DNA of 64,000 nt from Candidatus Iainarchaeum sp. (GCA_030445695.1 JASUTF010000001.1:882-64881); one strand, 5' to 3'. Shown: positions 1 to 8,780, counted from the stretch's first letter. A program made the numbers and translations. The notes: generated by a model from the sequence alone, not told the origin.

Positions 1-1436
1 ATAATCTGGGTTCCTTCGGTGCTGCACTCCTTGGTTCCGCCCTTATGATCCTCGTGGCCCAGCTCGCAGGTGTGCTTGCGGCGTATCTCTTCCCTGACAG
101 GAATGCCCATGCCGTATCGCCCGATTGGAAGATACTTGCTGTGGTATTCGTCCCCCTGCTCTTTGCTGCCCTTTCCTGTCCCATAAACGGATACTGCTGG
201 TTCTCCAACGCCCTGAGCGTTATATATAAGATCGTTTTCCCGCCGGAGAGCGTTTCACAAAGTACGGACACGGTGATCGTGCAGCCCTATACCGGATTTA
301 TCGAACCGCTAACCGGCGGCCCGTGGTCCCGCATCATCGGGGAGGAGACCACAGGTTTCCTGAACTGGCCGGCTAAGTATGGCATACTCTTCGTTATTGT
401 GCTCTTCTCGATCCCCTTCCTCGGGGCGAAGATCCGCGAGGACAGGCGGTACCTCTTCCTTCTTGCCTGGGTGGCGCTCACGTGGTGGGCGGCGTGGTAT
501 AAGTTAAAGTATGCGTATTACTTCGGCGTCCCCATTGCAATTGCATCTGCCGTGCTGCTTGCTGATCTCTGGGAGTCCTCCAAGCGCTGGGGGAGGTGGT
601 CCAGGGCCATTATGGCTGTGCTGATCGTATTCGTGTCCGTTTCCATGGCCGCGACAGGCGTCTTCCACACTGTATCAAAGGTCCCCACGCTCATAACGTC
701 TCAGGAAGCCACCGAGATGTATATGTTTGGCGGCAAGCCCGCGGACGGATATATTGAACTCTTCCAGTGGCTGGAGGCCAACACGCCGCCGGATGCAAAC
801 CTCCTCAACTGGTGGAGCATAGGCCACTGGCTGACCTTCTTCACGGAACGCGGTGTTATGACGGACAACACAAATGCACGGCTTGAGGCGGATTACGAGG
901 CGGCCCGCTTCTTCCTCTTCGACGAGAACACGTCCTACGAGATCGCCAGGAAGCGCGGGATGAACTACGCCATTGTCGAATCGTCTTTACTCTGGGGCGC
1001 CCCATCCCTCGCCATATACGCCTACGAGACGGAGAACCTTGCCGATCCACGCGTCCGGGACTACGGTGCAGCTGTTCTTTATTGTTATCAGTCCTCCAGC
1101 CCGGTATACAGGGACAAGTACCTCTGCTTTAGCAATCAAGGGCAGCTTGTTACCGCTGTGGACAAGAACATCTATGAAAGCATACCTTCGTTTGAGCCGG
1201 GGAGCTACCAGCCGAGTGAAACCGCTTTCAAGATCCTGCTGGGAGATAAGAACTACGTGGCATACCGCGGGGGCAAAACAACCGTTGGCGGGAAGGTCAT
1301 GGACGTTCTTCTTATTCTGACGGAGAAGCTCAACGATTCAACCCTTGTGAAGATGCTCCTCCACGCACCTCTGGAACATTTCGAGTTCCAGTGGGTTAGC
1401 AGCGACGGGCAGGTGATGGTGTACAAAATAGAGTGA
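1..1436 (+). CDS. aglB: Oligosaccharyltransferase AglB/STT3-family protein, C-terminal part; the 5' end lies outside the window because the frame is open from nt 3
   Basis: Multi-TM N-terminal region followed by a soluble C-terminal domain. 'NWWSIGHW' sits where STT3/AglB proteins have WWDYG; an 'IIGEE' stretch lies about 150 aa upstream (TIXE-like position). Frame has no stop back to position 3. Confidence 0.5.
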   Translation, partial: NLGSFGAALLGSALMILVAQLAGVLAAYLFPDRNAHAVSPDWKILAVVFVPLLFAALSCPINGYCWFSNALSVIYKIVFPPESVSQSTDTVIVQPYTGFIEPLTGGPWSRIIGEETTGFLNWPAKYGILFVIVLFSIPFLGAKIREDRRYLFLLAWVALTWWAAWYKLKYAYYFGVPIAIASAVLLADLWESSKRWGRWSRAIMAVLIVFVSVSMAATGVFHTVSKVPTLITSQEATEMYMFGGKPADGYIELFQWLEANTPPDANLLNWWSIGHWLTFFTERGVMTDNTNARLEADYEAARFFLFDENTSYEIARKRGMNYAIVESSLLWGAPSLAIYAYETENLADPRVRDYGAAVLYCYQSSSPVYRDKYLCFSNQGQLVTAVDKNIYESIPSFEPGSYQPSETAFKILLGDKNYVAYRGGKTTVGGKVMDVLLILTEKLNDSTLVKMLLHAPLEHFEFQWVSSDGQVMVYKIE

Positions 1437-1444
1437 GGGAGGGG

Positions 1445-1735
1445 TCAGGCCCTCTTCTTTTTTCTTCCGCCACGTTTCTTGCCCAGCGCGGCTTTCCTCG
1501 CCTTCTCCCTGTGCCTCTGGTCGTCGCGGACTATCTTCTTTCTCCAGTCCGCGAAGGAGATTCCCCTGTGCTTGGCGCAGGATATGCACACGTAGATCTT
1601 CTCCTGTGCTATGCCCACGTACTGTACCTCCACGTTGTCTGGCAGCCAAGAGGGCCTCTTGTAAAGGGGAACTGCCTTGTCCTTCGGCACACGCCTTCCA
1701 CAGAACGCACACGTAACGTAGGTGATCTTGCTCAT
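1445..1735 (-). CDS. Small zinc-ribbon protein resembling ribosomal protein S26e
   Basis: 'CAFCGRRVPKDKA' matches the eukaryotic/archaeal S26e 'CxxCxRxVPKDKA' signature. Second Cys pair 'CISCAKH', basic C-terminal tail. 'GGAGG' 7 nt upstream and TATA at 1771-1779. Confidence 0.45.
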   Translation of the reverse strand: MSKITYVTCAFCGRRVPKDKAVPLYKRPSWLPDNVEVQYVGIAQEKIYVCISCAKHRGISFADWRKKIVRDDQRHREKARKAALGKKRGGRKKKRA

Positions 1736-1770
1736 AAGCTACCCTCCTTGAACGAATAAAAACACCTCCA

Positions 1771-1779
1771 CACCTTTTT
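1771..1779. promoter_or_regulatory. TATA-like box (TTTTTTAAA) in the divergent intergenic region, about 35 nt upstream of the S26e-like start
   Basis: AT-rich hexamer in an otherwise GC-rich intergenic region. Spacing fits archaeal TATA at -26/-27 plus a short SD-containing leader. Confidence 0.35.
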
Positions 1780-1784
1780 TAAAC

Positions 1785-2099
1785 GTGGTATCGTGGAAGA
1801 CCGTCGAGATTGTTCCGTTCCGGCGCACGGGCCGGTGGCTCATCGGTGCCGTTGTACAGGAGAGCGACGATGGTAAGCGGCGCGTGAAGGTCTTCAAAGG
1901 GCGGATAAGGGAAGATGGTAGCCATGAAGTTGTTTACAAGGGCGAGCGTCTGCGTTTTTCACTCTCTCAGCGGCTCAACATCCCTTCTTCGCGCTACTGG
2001 GAGTGGTTGAAGGGAGAAGTGGACCGAGTAGTCCGACGCTACCTCTCGGGGGAAGAGACGGATGAAGAAAAGGAGCACACGATCCTCGATTTCGTCTGA
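1785..2099 (+). CDS. Hypothetical small protein (104 aa), start uncertain
   Basis: ORF only. Begins with GTG and overlaps the next gene by 38 nt. No recognisable motif. Confidence 0.25.
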   Translation: MVSWKTVEIVPFRRTGRWLIGAVVQESDDGKRRVKVFKGRIREDGSHEVVYKGERLRFSLSQRLNIPSSRYWEWLKGEVDRVVRRYLSGEETDEEKEHTILDFV

Positions 2100-2667
2100 A
2101 TGGCAGCGTTACAGGGAAAGGAACCTGAAAAAGTACGAGCGAGCAAAGAATGAAGGGTCAGTGGACGCGCCCATTGTTCCGCTTCTCGACCTGCTGAACG
2201 CCAACACGCACTACGTTACCACGTCCTCCTGCTCGGGAAGGGTTGTTCTGCTCGCCACCACACCGTCCGAGAAGAAAGGGGAATCCTTCTTTTACCGGAA
2301 GTGGCACCGTCCGGTCATCTTTGACGAGGTGTGGGGTGCCATATCCTCTTTTTCCGGCAGCGTTTTATGGTTCAAGGTGGATCCCTTCATCATCCACGTG
2401 GGTGCAGACAGTTTCGAGAGCGCTCTCCGTCTGGTAAACGTGGCGCACCGTGCCGGCGTAAAGATTGCCGGGATACAGGCAGCAGACAATGTGAAGTTCC
2501 ACGTTGAGATAAGGGGGATCGACTACATGGCCGTTCCAGTTTACGAGCGGGAACTTCTGGTAAACAAGGACTATGTCCGTCACCTTGTGAGAATCGCAAA
2601 CAGGAAAATGGTTCGTAACGCTCATCGTCTTGCCCGCCTCTTCAAAGCTGTATCCACTCTCCTGTAG
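2062..2667 (+). CDS. taw3: tRNA wyosine-derivative methyltransferase Taw3/TYW3
   Basis: 'IVPLLDLLN...YVTTSSCSGRVVLL' contains the TYW3-family SSCSGR motif. Length about 200 aa is typical. ATG at 2062. Confidence 0.65.
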   Translation: MKKRSTRSSISSEWQRYRERNLKKYERAKNEGSVDAPIVPLLDLLNANTHYVTTSSCSGRVVLLATTPSEKKGESFFYRKWHRPVIFDEVWGAISSFSGSVLWFKVDPFIIHVGADSFESALRLVNVAHRAGVKIAGIQAADNVKFHVEIRGIDYMAVPVYERELLVNKDYVRHLVRIANRKMVRNAHRLARLFKAVSTLL

Positions 2668-2707
2668 TTCCAATTTCTCGCCACTTTTATATTGTGCTTC
2701 GCCCCAG

Positions 2708-4279
2708 ATGTTTCTGATGAAAGCGGGATACGCCGCCGTGGCGCTGGGAGTTCTTGTCATTCTTGCATACTTCGTGGGCCGTCTCTTCGCCTTTGTGGGG
2801 TTCCTGCCCCACGTGGGTTATGTACTTACCGGCTCTCTCTTCGGTGCGGGCCTGACATCGGTTGAAAGGGGCTACCTCTTTCTCTATGCGTTCGCGTTTC
2901 TCCTCGCCTATCTGGGGTACATGGCATCCAGCCGGAGGACCTTCTCCGCACCCCTGCAGCTCTTCTTCGTGCACCCCCTGCGGCTCGTCGTGGGCTTTGC
3001 CCTGTTCTTCACGGTTCTCTACTTCGCCGGAGTGGGTATTGAGATTTCCGCAATCGCTGCTCTTCTCCTCTCGACTTCCTCTGCACTCGTGGTTCGCTGG
3101 GGCAGGGGAACCTCTTACGCGCTCATAGAACATTCCCTGCTTGCCATGGATGCCCTTATTTCCGCTCTGGTGCTCCTTTACGTTGCCGGAGAGCCGTTCC
3201 ACTCCATCCTTGTCGCCGCCCTCGCATATCTCCTCCTTATGTATTCCGGCGGCCCAATTCTCAGCTCACTCGTCTTCATCGCTGTGGCTGCACTGGCCAC
3301 CGGAGGGCATGTCGGGTACCTCGCACTTGCCTTCGTCTTTGGCGTGGTTTTCCACCATCTCGTGTACGATCTGAAGCTCCACTGGGCTGAAGGGGCAATA
3401 CAGGACGTTCTGCCCATTGTGTTTCTCGTGGGCATCGGTGCGTGGGCAGGGACAACGTTCCCTCCGGCTGCGGGCATTCTCTTCGTGGTTATAGCGTTTC
3501 TTAGCCTCCTCCAGAACTTCATATCCCTCGTGGTGCTCGGTTCTGTCTTCGGTGTGTCCCCCAAGACAGGCGCCCATATTCTGGCAAGGACTTTCGGGCC
3601 ATCTGAGGCATCGCTGTTTGCACTTGCTCTGCTCGCAGGACAGTCACCGCTGTTCTCTTCAGTGTTCTGGTTCTACGTGGTCTCGCTGGCGTTTTCATCC
3701 TTCGTTAGGACAGAGAAGGACGCAGAACACCTGCTTTCCGTGCTCCTGCCGAAGGGCCTTTTCCAGACCATTGAACGGCTGGAGGCCGCTTACGCATCGC
3801 TCTACGTCAGGCACCACGTCGTGTTTTCGAGCGCTTATCGGCACCGCTTCCTGCCCCTTGCAAGGAAGATGCTCGGGGCTATAATAGTGCTTGTGCTTGC
3901 CGCGTCGTCTCTGGGGTACTTAATGTTCGATAATTCGATCCCATACCGCGCGGCCCTCATCTTCCTTGCCGTTTCGGCCTTCGTGATCGCCCTGCTCAGG
4001 GTCATCGTTTGGTATATGCAGTTCTACTTTGATACCCTGCTCTTCCTGTCGGATCACGCATACGGAGGGAAACTGCGCCCCGGAAACAGCCCGTATTACT
4101 TTGTGGCAGGGTTCTTACTCACAATTGCCGGTTTTGCGACACTCCCTATCTCCGTTCCTTTCCTGAACCTTGTGCTCCTTTTCTTCTCCTTGATACTGCT
4201 CAATGCGGGCCTTTACATGTTGCTAACGTCATACACCCGGCTCTACAACGAGTTCGTCAGAAAGAGGGAGTATGGCTGA
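2708..4279 (+). CDS. Polytopic integral membrane protein of unknown function (about 14 predicted TM helices)
   Basis: Long hydrophobic ORF. The ORF-track start at 2630 overlaps taw3; first ATG after the taw3 stop is 2708. No catalytic motif recognised. Confidence 0.5.
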   Translation: MFLMKAGYAAVALGVLVILAYFVGRLFAFVGFLPHVGYVLTGSLFGAGLTSVERGYLFLYAFAFLLAYLGYMASSRRTFSAPLQLFFVHPLRLVVGFALFFTVLYFAGVGIEISAIAALLLSTSSALVVRWGRGTSYALIEHSLLAMDALISALVLLYVAGEPFHSILVAALAYLLLMYSGGPILSSLVFIAVAALATGGHVGYLALAFVFGVVFHHLVYDLKLHWAEGAIQDVLPIVFLVGIGAWAGTTFPPAAGILFVVIAFLSLLQNFISLVVLGSVFGVSPKTGAHILARTFGPSEASLFALALLAGQSPLFSSVFWFYVVSLAFSSFVRTEKDAEHLLSVLLPKGLFQTIERLEAAYASLYVRHHVVFSSAYRHRFLPLARKMLGAIIVLVLAASSLGYLMFDNSIPYRAALIFLAVSAFVIALLRVIVWYMQFYFDTLLFLSDHAYGGKLRPGNSPYYFVAGFLLTIAGFATLPISVPFLNLVLLFFSLILLNAGLYMLLTSYTRLYNEFVRKREYG

Positions 4280-4283
4280 TCTC

Positions 4284-4291
4284 ATTTAAAC
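4284..4291 (+). promoter_or_regulatory. TATA box (CATTTAAA) centred about 27 nt upstream of position 4314
   Basis: Same -27 spacing as the TATA boxes upstream of tRNA-Phe, tRNA-Met and tRNA-Leu in this window. No comparable box lies 27 nt upstream of the tRNA-Arg 5' end at 4409. Confidence 0.45.
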
Positions 4292-4313
4292 CATTCGCTG
4301 CTTCTTTTTCTGC

Positions 4314-4408
4314 GGGTCCGTAGCCTAGCCCGGCACCGAGTGCTTCGGTGGGGCGCCCGCGGGTGGGGTCTGCGACCCCACGCACATCCGGCCATAGAAC
4401 GTTACCGT
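4314..4408 (+). other. 95-nt GC-rich leader element immediately 5' of tRNA-Arg; its first 15 nt (GGGTCCGTAGCCTAG) exactly match the 5' end of the downstream tRNA
   Basis: Direct sequence comparison. Internal hairpins at 4334-4350 and 4364-4380 (TGGGG/CCCCA stem, 7-nt loop). It cannot be folded into a cloverleaf. It starts at the promoter-predicted TSS. Confidence 0.3.
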
Positions 4409-4483
4409 GGGTCCGTAGCCTAGTCTGGATATGGCGGCGGCCTTCTAAGCCGCAGGTCCCGGGTTCGAATCCCGGCGGACCCA
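4409..4483 (+). tRNA. tRNA-Arg (anticodon TCT)
   Basis: Manual cloverleaf: acceptor GGGTCCG/CGGACCC, D stem GCCT/AGGC, anticodon stem GCGGC/GCCGC with loop CTTCTAA, T arm GGTCC-GGGTTCGAATCCCGG, discriminator A. No encoded CCA. Confidence 0.9.
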
Positions 4484-4489
4484 CTTGCA

Positions 4490-5467
4490 CTATTTCATCC
4501 AGAGCACGTCCACCTGATCCGTTCTGAACTTGGGGTTTATGGGCTCGTCAAGGCGCGTCTCCATCCCTGCCTTCAGCATGAGAACGCCGGTCCATGCGAT
4601 CATTACGCCGTTGTCCGCCGCATACTTCATGGGCACCACGTGGAACGTGGCGTCGTGATCCTCCGCCATGAGACGGATGATCTCCTGCAGGCGCTTGTTG
4701 GCGGCAACGCCCCCCACCAGCAGCACTTCCTTTTTCTCCGTGTGGGCCAGTGCCCTCTCTGCCACTTCCGCCACCATGGAGAACGCAACTTCCTGCAGCG
4801 AGTATGCCACGTCCTCTATAGAGTGTTTCTTAACTGCCCTCACCGCTGCCGTATACAGCCCGGAGAACGCCAGATCCGAACCTTTCACCGTGTAGGGTAG
4901 CGGTATGAATTTCTTCCCTCCCCTTGCCAATTCTTCTATCTTCGGGCCGGCCGGGAAGGGGATGCCCACGGCTCTCCCCCACGAGTCAAGCAGGTTGCCC
5001 AGCCCGATGTCCAACGTTTCCCCGAAGATTCTATATCGTCCGTTTGCCAGCGCGATGATCTGGGTGTTTGCACCTGATAGGTAGACCACCAGCGGATCCT
5101 CCAGCCGTTCCACGAGTTTTCCAATCTCTATATGGGCGATGCAGTGGTTTACGCCAACAAGCTTCTTGCCGAACCTCTTTGCAAGGAATCGAGCCACGAT
5201 GGCCCCCGTTCTCAGACAGGGGCCGAGTCCCGGGCCTATGGAGAATGCGACGGCATCGATATCCTCCATCCCTATTCCTGCCTCGTCCAACGCTGCCTTT
5301 ACTACCTCCGCTCCCCTTTCGCTCATCATCTGGGCGGCCTCTCTCGGGCGGATGCCCCCTTCCTTTGGCCTGTACTGTATCCTCTGGTCCGCGAGAATAT
5401 TGCCCTCTTCGTCCACGATGCCCACGCCAAACGTATGCGCGGTGGACTCAATGCCCAGAACGATCAC
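4490..5467 (-). CDS. kae1: tRNA N6-threonylcarbamoyladenosine synthase Kae1 (TsaD/OSGEP family), not fused to Bud32
   Basis: 'VLGIESTAHTFGVGIV', 'GVNHCIAHIE' and 'LVGGVAANKRL' are Kae1/TsaD signatures. About 325 aa if the start is GTG 5467, which is 28 nt after the S27ae stop. The ORF track extends further upstream. Confidence 0.85.
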   Translation of the reverse strand: MIVLGIESTAHTFGVGIVDEEGNILADQRIQYRPKEGGIRPREAAQMMSERGAEVVKAALDEAGIGMEDIDAVAFSIGPGLGPCLRTGAIVARFLAKRFGKKLVGVNHCIAHIEIGKLVERLEDPLVVYLSGANTQIIALANGRYRIFGETLDIGLGNLLDSWGRAVGIPFPAGPKIEELARGGKKFIPLPYTVKGSDLAFSGLYTAAVRAVKKHSIEDVAYSLQEVAFSMVAEVAERALAHTEKKEVLLVGGVAANKRLQEIIRLMAEDHDATFHVVPMKYAADNGVMIAWTGVLMLKAGMETRLDEPINPKFRTDQVDVLWMK

Positions 5468-5495
5468 AGAGAAATAGGGAGGGATGTGAATAAAA

Positions 5496-5684
5496 TCACT
5501 GCTTTTCTGCCTTCTTCTTGAACTCCGTGTAGCCGCAGCGACCGCAGTGCCATCTGTCCTCGTGCTCGGCCAGGAACACGCCAGGGCCACACTTGGGGCA
5601 CGTGCGGCCGAGACGGACGAGCTTGCCGTCCTCTACCTTGTACTTCTTATGCTTGTGACTCGGCTTGCCCTTCGTTTTCGGCAT
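5496..5684 (-). CDS. rps27ae: Ribosomal protein S27ae
   Basis: '[27 protein letters not shown]' C4 zinc ribbon. 62 aa. Conserved position after S24e. Confidence 0.85.
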   Translation of the reverse strand: MPKTKGKPSHKHKKYKVEDGKLVRLGRTCPKCGPGVFLAEHEDRWHCGRCGYTEFKKKAEKQ

Positions 5685-5964
5685 TTTCCTCCACCACCTT
5701 GTTCCGTTCGATCATGTGCTTCGGCTCGATCTTGTTCAGGTACTCCTCATCCTTGTAGACCTTCACGTAGACCTCGGAGTCGGAGGTACCGGCTATGGTC
5801 CGGATCTTGTCGATTATTATGAGCTTCTCGTCCACGCCGAGCTCCGCGGCGAGGCGTGTCTTGAGCTCGGCACGCCTGGGGGTCTCCTTTGCCCTGACGA
5901 CGACCCACATCTCCTTTCTTCCCAGCAGCGGGTTTTCCCTCTCGGATGCAATCTTGATCTCCAT
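5647..5964 (-). CDS. rps24e: Ribosomal protein S24e
   Basis: Sequence similar to archaeal S24e ('NPLLGRKE...'). Typical S24e-S27ae overlapping pair. Confidence 0.8.
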   Translation of the reverse strand: MEIKIASERENPLLGRKEMWVVVRAKETPRRAELKTRLAAELGVDEKLIIIDKIRTIAGTSDSEVYVKVYKDEEYLNKIEPKHMIERNKVVEENAENEGQAESQA

Positions 5965-5968
5965 GCGA

Positions 5969-6172
5969 TCACCTTGCCACCTTTATGGCGTAGGGTCCGG
6001 GTATTTTCGCGTCTATTTTCTTGGCGATCTGAGAGCGGTCGGGATCCACGACTATGATGTATCCGCGCCAGAGCTTCGTGAAGTCCTCAGATCCGCAGTT
6101 AGGGCACTTATCCGCCTTCACTTCCACCAGATAGCGGCAGTTCCTGCACGCCTTGTATACGATCTTCGCCAT
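5969..6172 (-). CDS. spt4: Transcription elongation factor Spt4 / RNA polymerase subunit E''
   Basis: 'CRNCRYLVEVKADKCPNCGSEDF' zinc ribbon of about 65 aa. Directly downstream of rpoE'. Confidence 0.8.
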   Translation of the reverse strand: MAKIVYKACRNCRYLVEVKADKCPNCGSEDFTKLWRGYIIVVDPDRSQIAKKIDAKIPGPYAIKVAR

Positions 6173-6735
6173 TACTTACCCTCCTGTGCCGCTTTCTTCT
6201 TTTCCGCTTCGATCCACTCCCATTTGCCCAGTCCCGGCTGGCGCATCGTCATGCCTATCTTTGTGTCCGCTATGGAGTTCCTGATGGCCACCGTGACGAT
6301 GCGCGCTCGAACGTTGTCCCCGATCTTCAGTATCCTTTCTGACTCCTTGCCGATGAACGCGGGAACAGACGGATCATAACGGACGAAGTCGTCCATGATC
6401 TGAGACACGTGAACGAGCCCGTCCATGGGCCCGATGCGGACGAACGCGCCGAACTCCGTGATGTCCGTCACGTAGCCGTCCACAACTTCCTGGACGAGGG
6501 GCTTGTATGCCAGCACCTCGAACACGGTGTCCACGTAGACGCCGCCATCTCCCCAGATGACCTTGCCCTCTCCCGTCTCCTTGACCTCCGTAACGGCTAT
6601 TATCACTCCCAGATCCTCGTCCACTATGCCCTCATACGTCTCCTTCAGTTCTGCGAGCACTTCCTTCTTCAGATCTCCCTTCAGACGGTTTGGCGGCACG
6701 CGAACCGTGTCCCGGATCACGTACTTGTAAAACAT
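6172..6735 (-). CDS. rpoE: RNA polymerase subunit E' (Rpb7 homologue)
   Basis: N-terminal 'MFYKYVIRDTVRVPP' and the S1-like 'VDGYVTDITEFGAFVRIGPMDGLVHVSQI' are typical RpoE'. ATG at 6735; the ORF-track GTG is at 6744. Confidence 0.85.
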   Translation of the reverse strand: MFYKYVIRDTVRVPPNRLKGDLKKEVLAELKETYEGIVDEDLGVIIAVTEVKETGEGKVIWGDGGVYVDTVFEVLAYKPLVQEVVDGYVTDITEFGAFVRIGPMDGLVHVSQIMDDFVRYDPSVPAFIGKESERILKIGDNVRARIVTVAIRNSIADTKIGMTMRQPGLGKWEWIEAEKKKAAQEGK

Positions 6736-6797
6736 GGCGATCACGCTTCAAAATTATACAGAATAAATGAGGGCGAAAGGTTTAAGATTGTGCCACG

Positions 6798-7172
6798 TTA
6801 GAACAGTTCCAGTCGGTTCTTTTCACGGAGGGCGATGACCCTGCCGCCCGCTTCCCAAACACGCCTCTTCAGCTCGCGGTCGTTTGTCGCCACGATGGCA
6901 CCTTCCTTTGCGAGGCGCACCAGCTCCGTGTCCACCGGTCCCTCCCTGTCAATGATCTCCACACGGTTTATGGATATGAGCTTCTTGGCAAGCGTTACGT
7001 ATTTCCTCTCCTTCACGCCCTGCTGTGCGATCTTATCGAGTTCTCTTATGCTGCCCTTGAGAACGACGATCCGGGCGTTGGGCACGAGCCGTCGGATCTC
7101 CTCGAACACGTCCACGCCGAACTGGAAGGGAACGAGAAGCATGTTCGTGTCCACAACGACGATCGGTCTCAC
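6798..7172 (-). CDS. PIN-domain protein (Fcf1/Utp24-like) conserved downstream of aIF2-gamma
   Basis: 'IVVVDTNMLLVPFQFGVDVFEEI' acidic PIN motifs. The GTG start overlaps the aIF2-gamma stop (GTGA). Confidence 0.7.
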   Translation of the reverse strand: MRPIVVVDTNMLLVPFQFGVDVFEEIRRLVPNARIVVLKGSIRELDKIAQQGVKERKYVTLAKKLISINRVEIIDREGPVDTELVRLAKEGAIVATNDRELKRRVWEAGGRVIALREKNRLELF

Positions 7173-8365
7173 TTCACAACACCGTAGCCCACAAGACGCC
7201 ATCTATTCCCTATCTTCCTGCTGACTGCTATGGTCGTGCCCTCGGGCACCGTTACCGGCTTCTTCGTTCTTATCGTGAGCTCGTCGCTCTTTGCGGACAT
7301 GACGATGCCCGCCGCCGGCATGGTTCCTATGGCCAGTGCGAGCATCTCCTGGTACTTGAAGGGCTGGTGCTCGACCTTCTGCACCTTGCGCTCCAGCACG
7401 TGGTATTCCATGGTGAACTCCGTGGTGGGCTCTGGCAGGGTACCGGGTTTGGCCACGATCTGACCCTTCATCTTGTCTCCCTTTGCATATGCGGGGTCTA
7501 TCTCCGTCCCTATCGCTATCAGCCCACCGGGTCGCGCCTCTTCCAGCGTGTCTGATCCGGAGGAGAGTGATACGACCTCCGTTATGATGGGCTCGCCTTC
7601 CGGTCCCGGGGAGATCTCGATCTCCTCCCCCACGCGCACGACACCCTGCTCTATGGATCCGCCGAGGACACCGCCCTTTATCTCTTCCGGCGGGGTCCCG
7701 GGCTTGTTCACGTCGAAGGACCGGGCCACCCACATGCGGAACGGCTTTGACTCGTCACGCTTCGGCGTGGGTATGAATATCTCCATGGCCTCGATCAGGG
7801 CATCTACGTTGATTTTGTGGTGGGCGGACGTGGGTATGATTGGAACATCTTCGTAGCCGTATTTGGCAAGGAATTCGCGTATCTGCTCCGCATTCTTCTT
7901 TGCTTCTTCCTTTGAGACGAGGTCAACCTTGTTCTGTGCCACCACGATGTTCTTCCTTCCCGTGGCGGTCAGTGCGAGGAGATGCTCTTCCGTCTGCGGT
8001 TGCGGGCACGGCTCGTTTGCTGCGATGACGAGGACGGCACCGTCCATGATAGCGGCGCCGGAGAGCATCACGGCCAGGAGCGTTTCGTGCCCGGGAGCAT
8101 CAACGAAGGAGACACGTCTCAGAACCTCCCATTCTGGGTTGTAACCCGTGGTGTATGCCTCGGGCGGTTCCTTTCCGGGTATTTTGGAGAAAATTGCGTC
8201 GGCGTAGCCCAGGCGGATGGAAATACCCCTCTTCAGCTCCTCAGAGTGCGTGTCCGTCCACTGCCCGGTGAGGGCATAGGTCAGAGTGGTCTTTCCGTGG
8301 TCCACGTGCCCTATCATGCCGATGTTGACTTCAGCTTGCCTGGGCTTCTCCTTCGCCGCCACCAA
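7169..8365 (-). CDS. eif2g: Translation initiation factor aIF2 gamma subunit
   Basis: 'EVNIGMIGHVDHGKTTLTYALTG' G1 region plus the zinc-knuckle region. About 400 aa. EF-Tu family but with an eIF2-gamma-type N-terminus. Confidence 0.9.
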   Translation of the reverse strand: MVAAKEKPRQAEVNIGMIGHVDHGKTTLTYALTGQWTDTHSEELKRGISIRLGYADAIFSKIPGKEPPEAYTTGYNPEWEVLRRVSFVDAPGHETLLAVMLSGAAIMDGAVLVIAANEPCPQPQTEEHLLALTATGRKNIVVAQNKVDLVSKEEAKKNAEQIREFLAKYGYEDVPIIPTSAHHKINVDALIEAMEIFIPTPKRDESKPFRMWVARSFDVNKPGTPPEEIKGGVLGGSIEQGVVRVGEEIEISPGPEGEPIITEVVSLSSGSDTLEEARPGGLIAIGTEIDPAYAKGDKMKGQIVAKPGTLPEPTTEFTMEYHVLERKVQKVEHQPFKYQEMLALAIGTMPAAGIVMSAKSDELTIRTKKPVTVPEGTTIAVSRKIGNRWRLVGYGVVK

Positions 8366-8735
8366 ATATCTCCTCCAGCTTCTGCTTACCTTCCTTCACG
8401 ATCTTCAGGTTGAGCTGTGCAATATCGAGATCCACGGTGTTCCCGCGGACCGTTTTTCTTCTCCTCTCCCCCTTATACTTCAGCTGCTTCTTGCGGATCC
8501 CCGGTCCGGAGCCGATGAGCACGCTCTTCCTGCCCGTGCCGTGGACGTCGGGGCGCATAGGGAAACCGTCCTTGTCCGTGCCGCCGCGGATGACAGCCAC
8601 GTATCCCGAGAGCCCTATTGGGGAGAGGTCCACTTCGTCCCCAATCTTCTTGCCGACGAATATCTGTGCCTCCTCGTCGCTAATCTCCTTCTGGTATGCC
8701 TTGCCGGTCTTTGGGTCGGATATGACGAGTTTCAT
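8331..8735 (-). CDS. rps6e: Ribosomal protein S6e
   Basis: 'MKLVISDPKTGKAYQKEI...IRGGTDKDGFPM' typical of archaeal S6e. Confidence 0.85.
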   Translation of the reverse strand: MKLVISDPKTGKAYQKEISDEEAQIFVGKKIGDEVDLSPIGLSGYVAVIRGGTDKDGFPMRPDVHGTGRKSVLIGSGPGIRKKQLKYKGERRRKTVRGNTVDLDIAQLNLKIVKEGKQKLEEIFGGGEGEAQAS

Positions 8736-8780
8736 GGCTATCCCTCCTACCTACGAATGATGTGGGAACGTTTTAAAGGG

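Noticed and set aside
7203-7733. 176-aa Arg/Gly-rich ORF on the minus strand
   Set aside because: It is an alternative frame inside the aIF2-gamma gene with an extreme Arg/Gly bias. It is a frame artefact.
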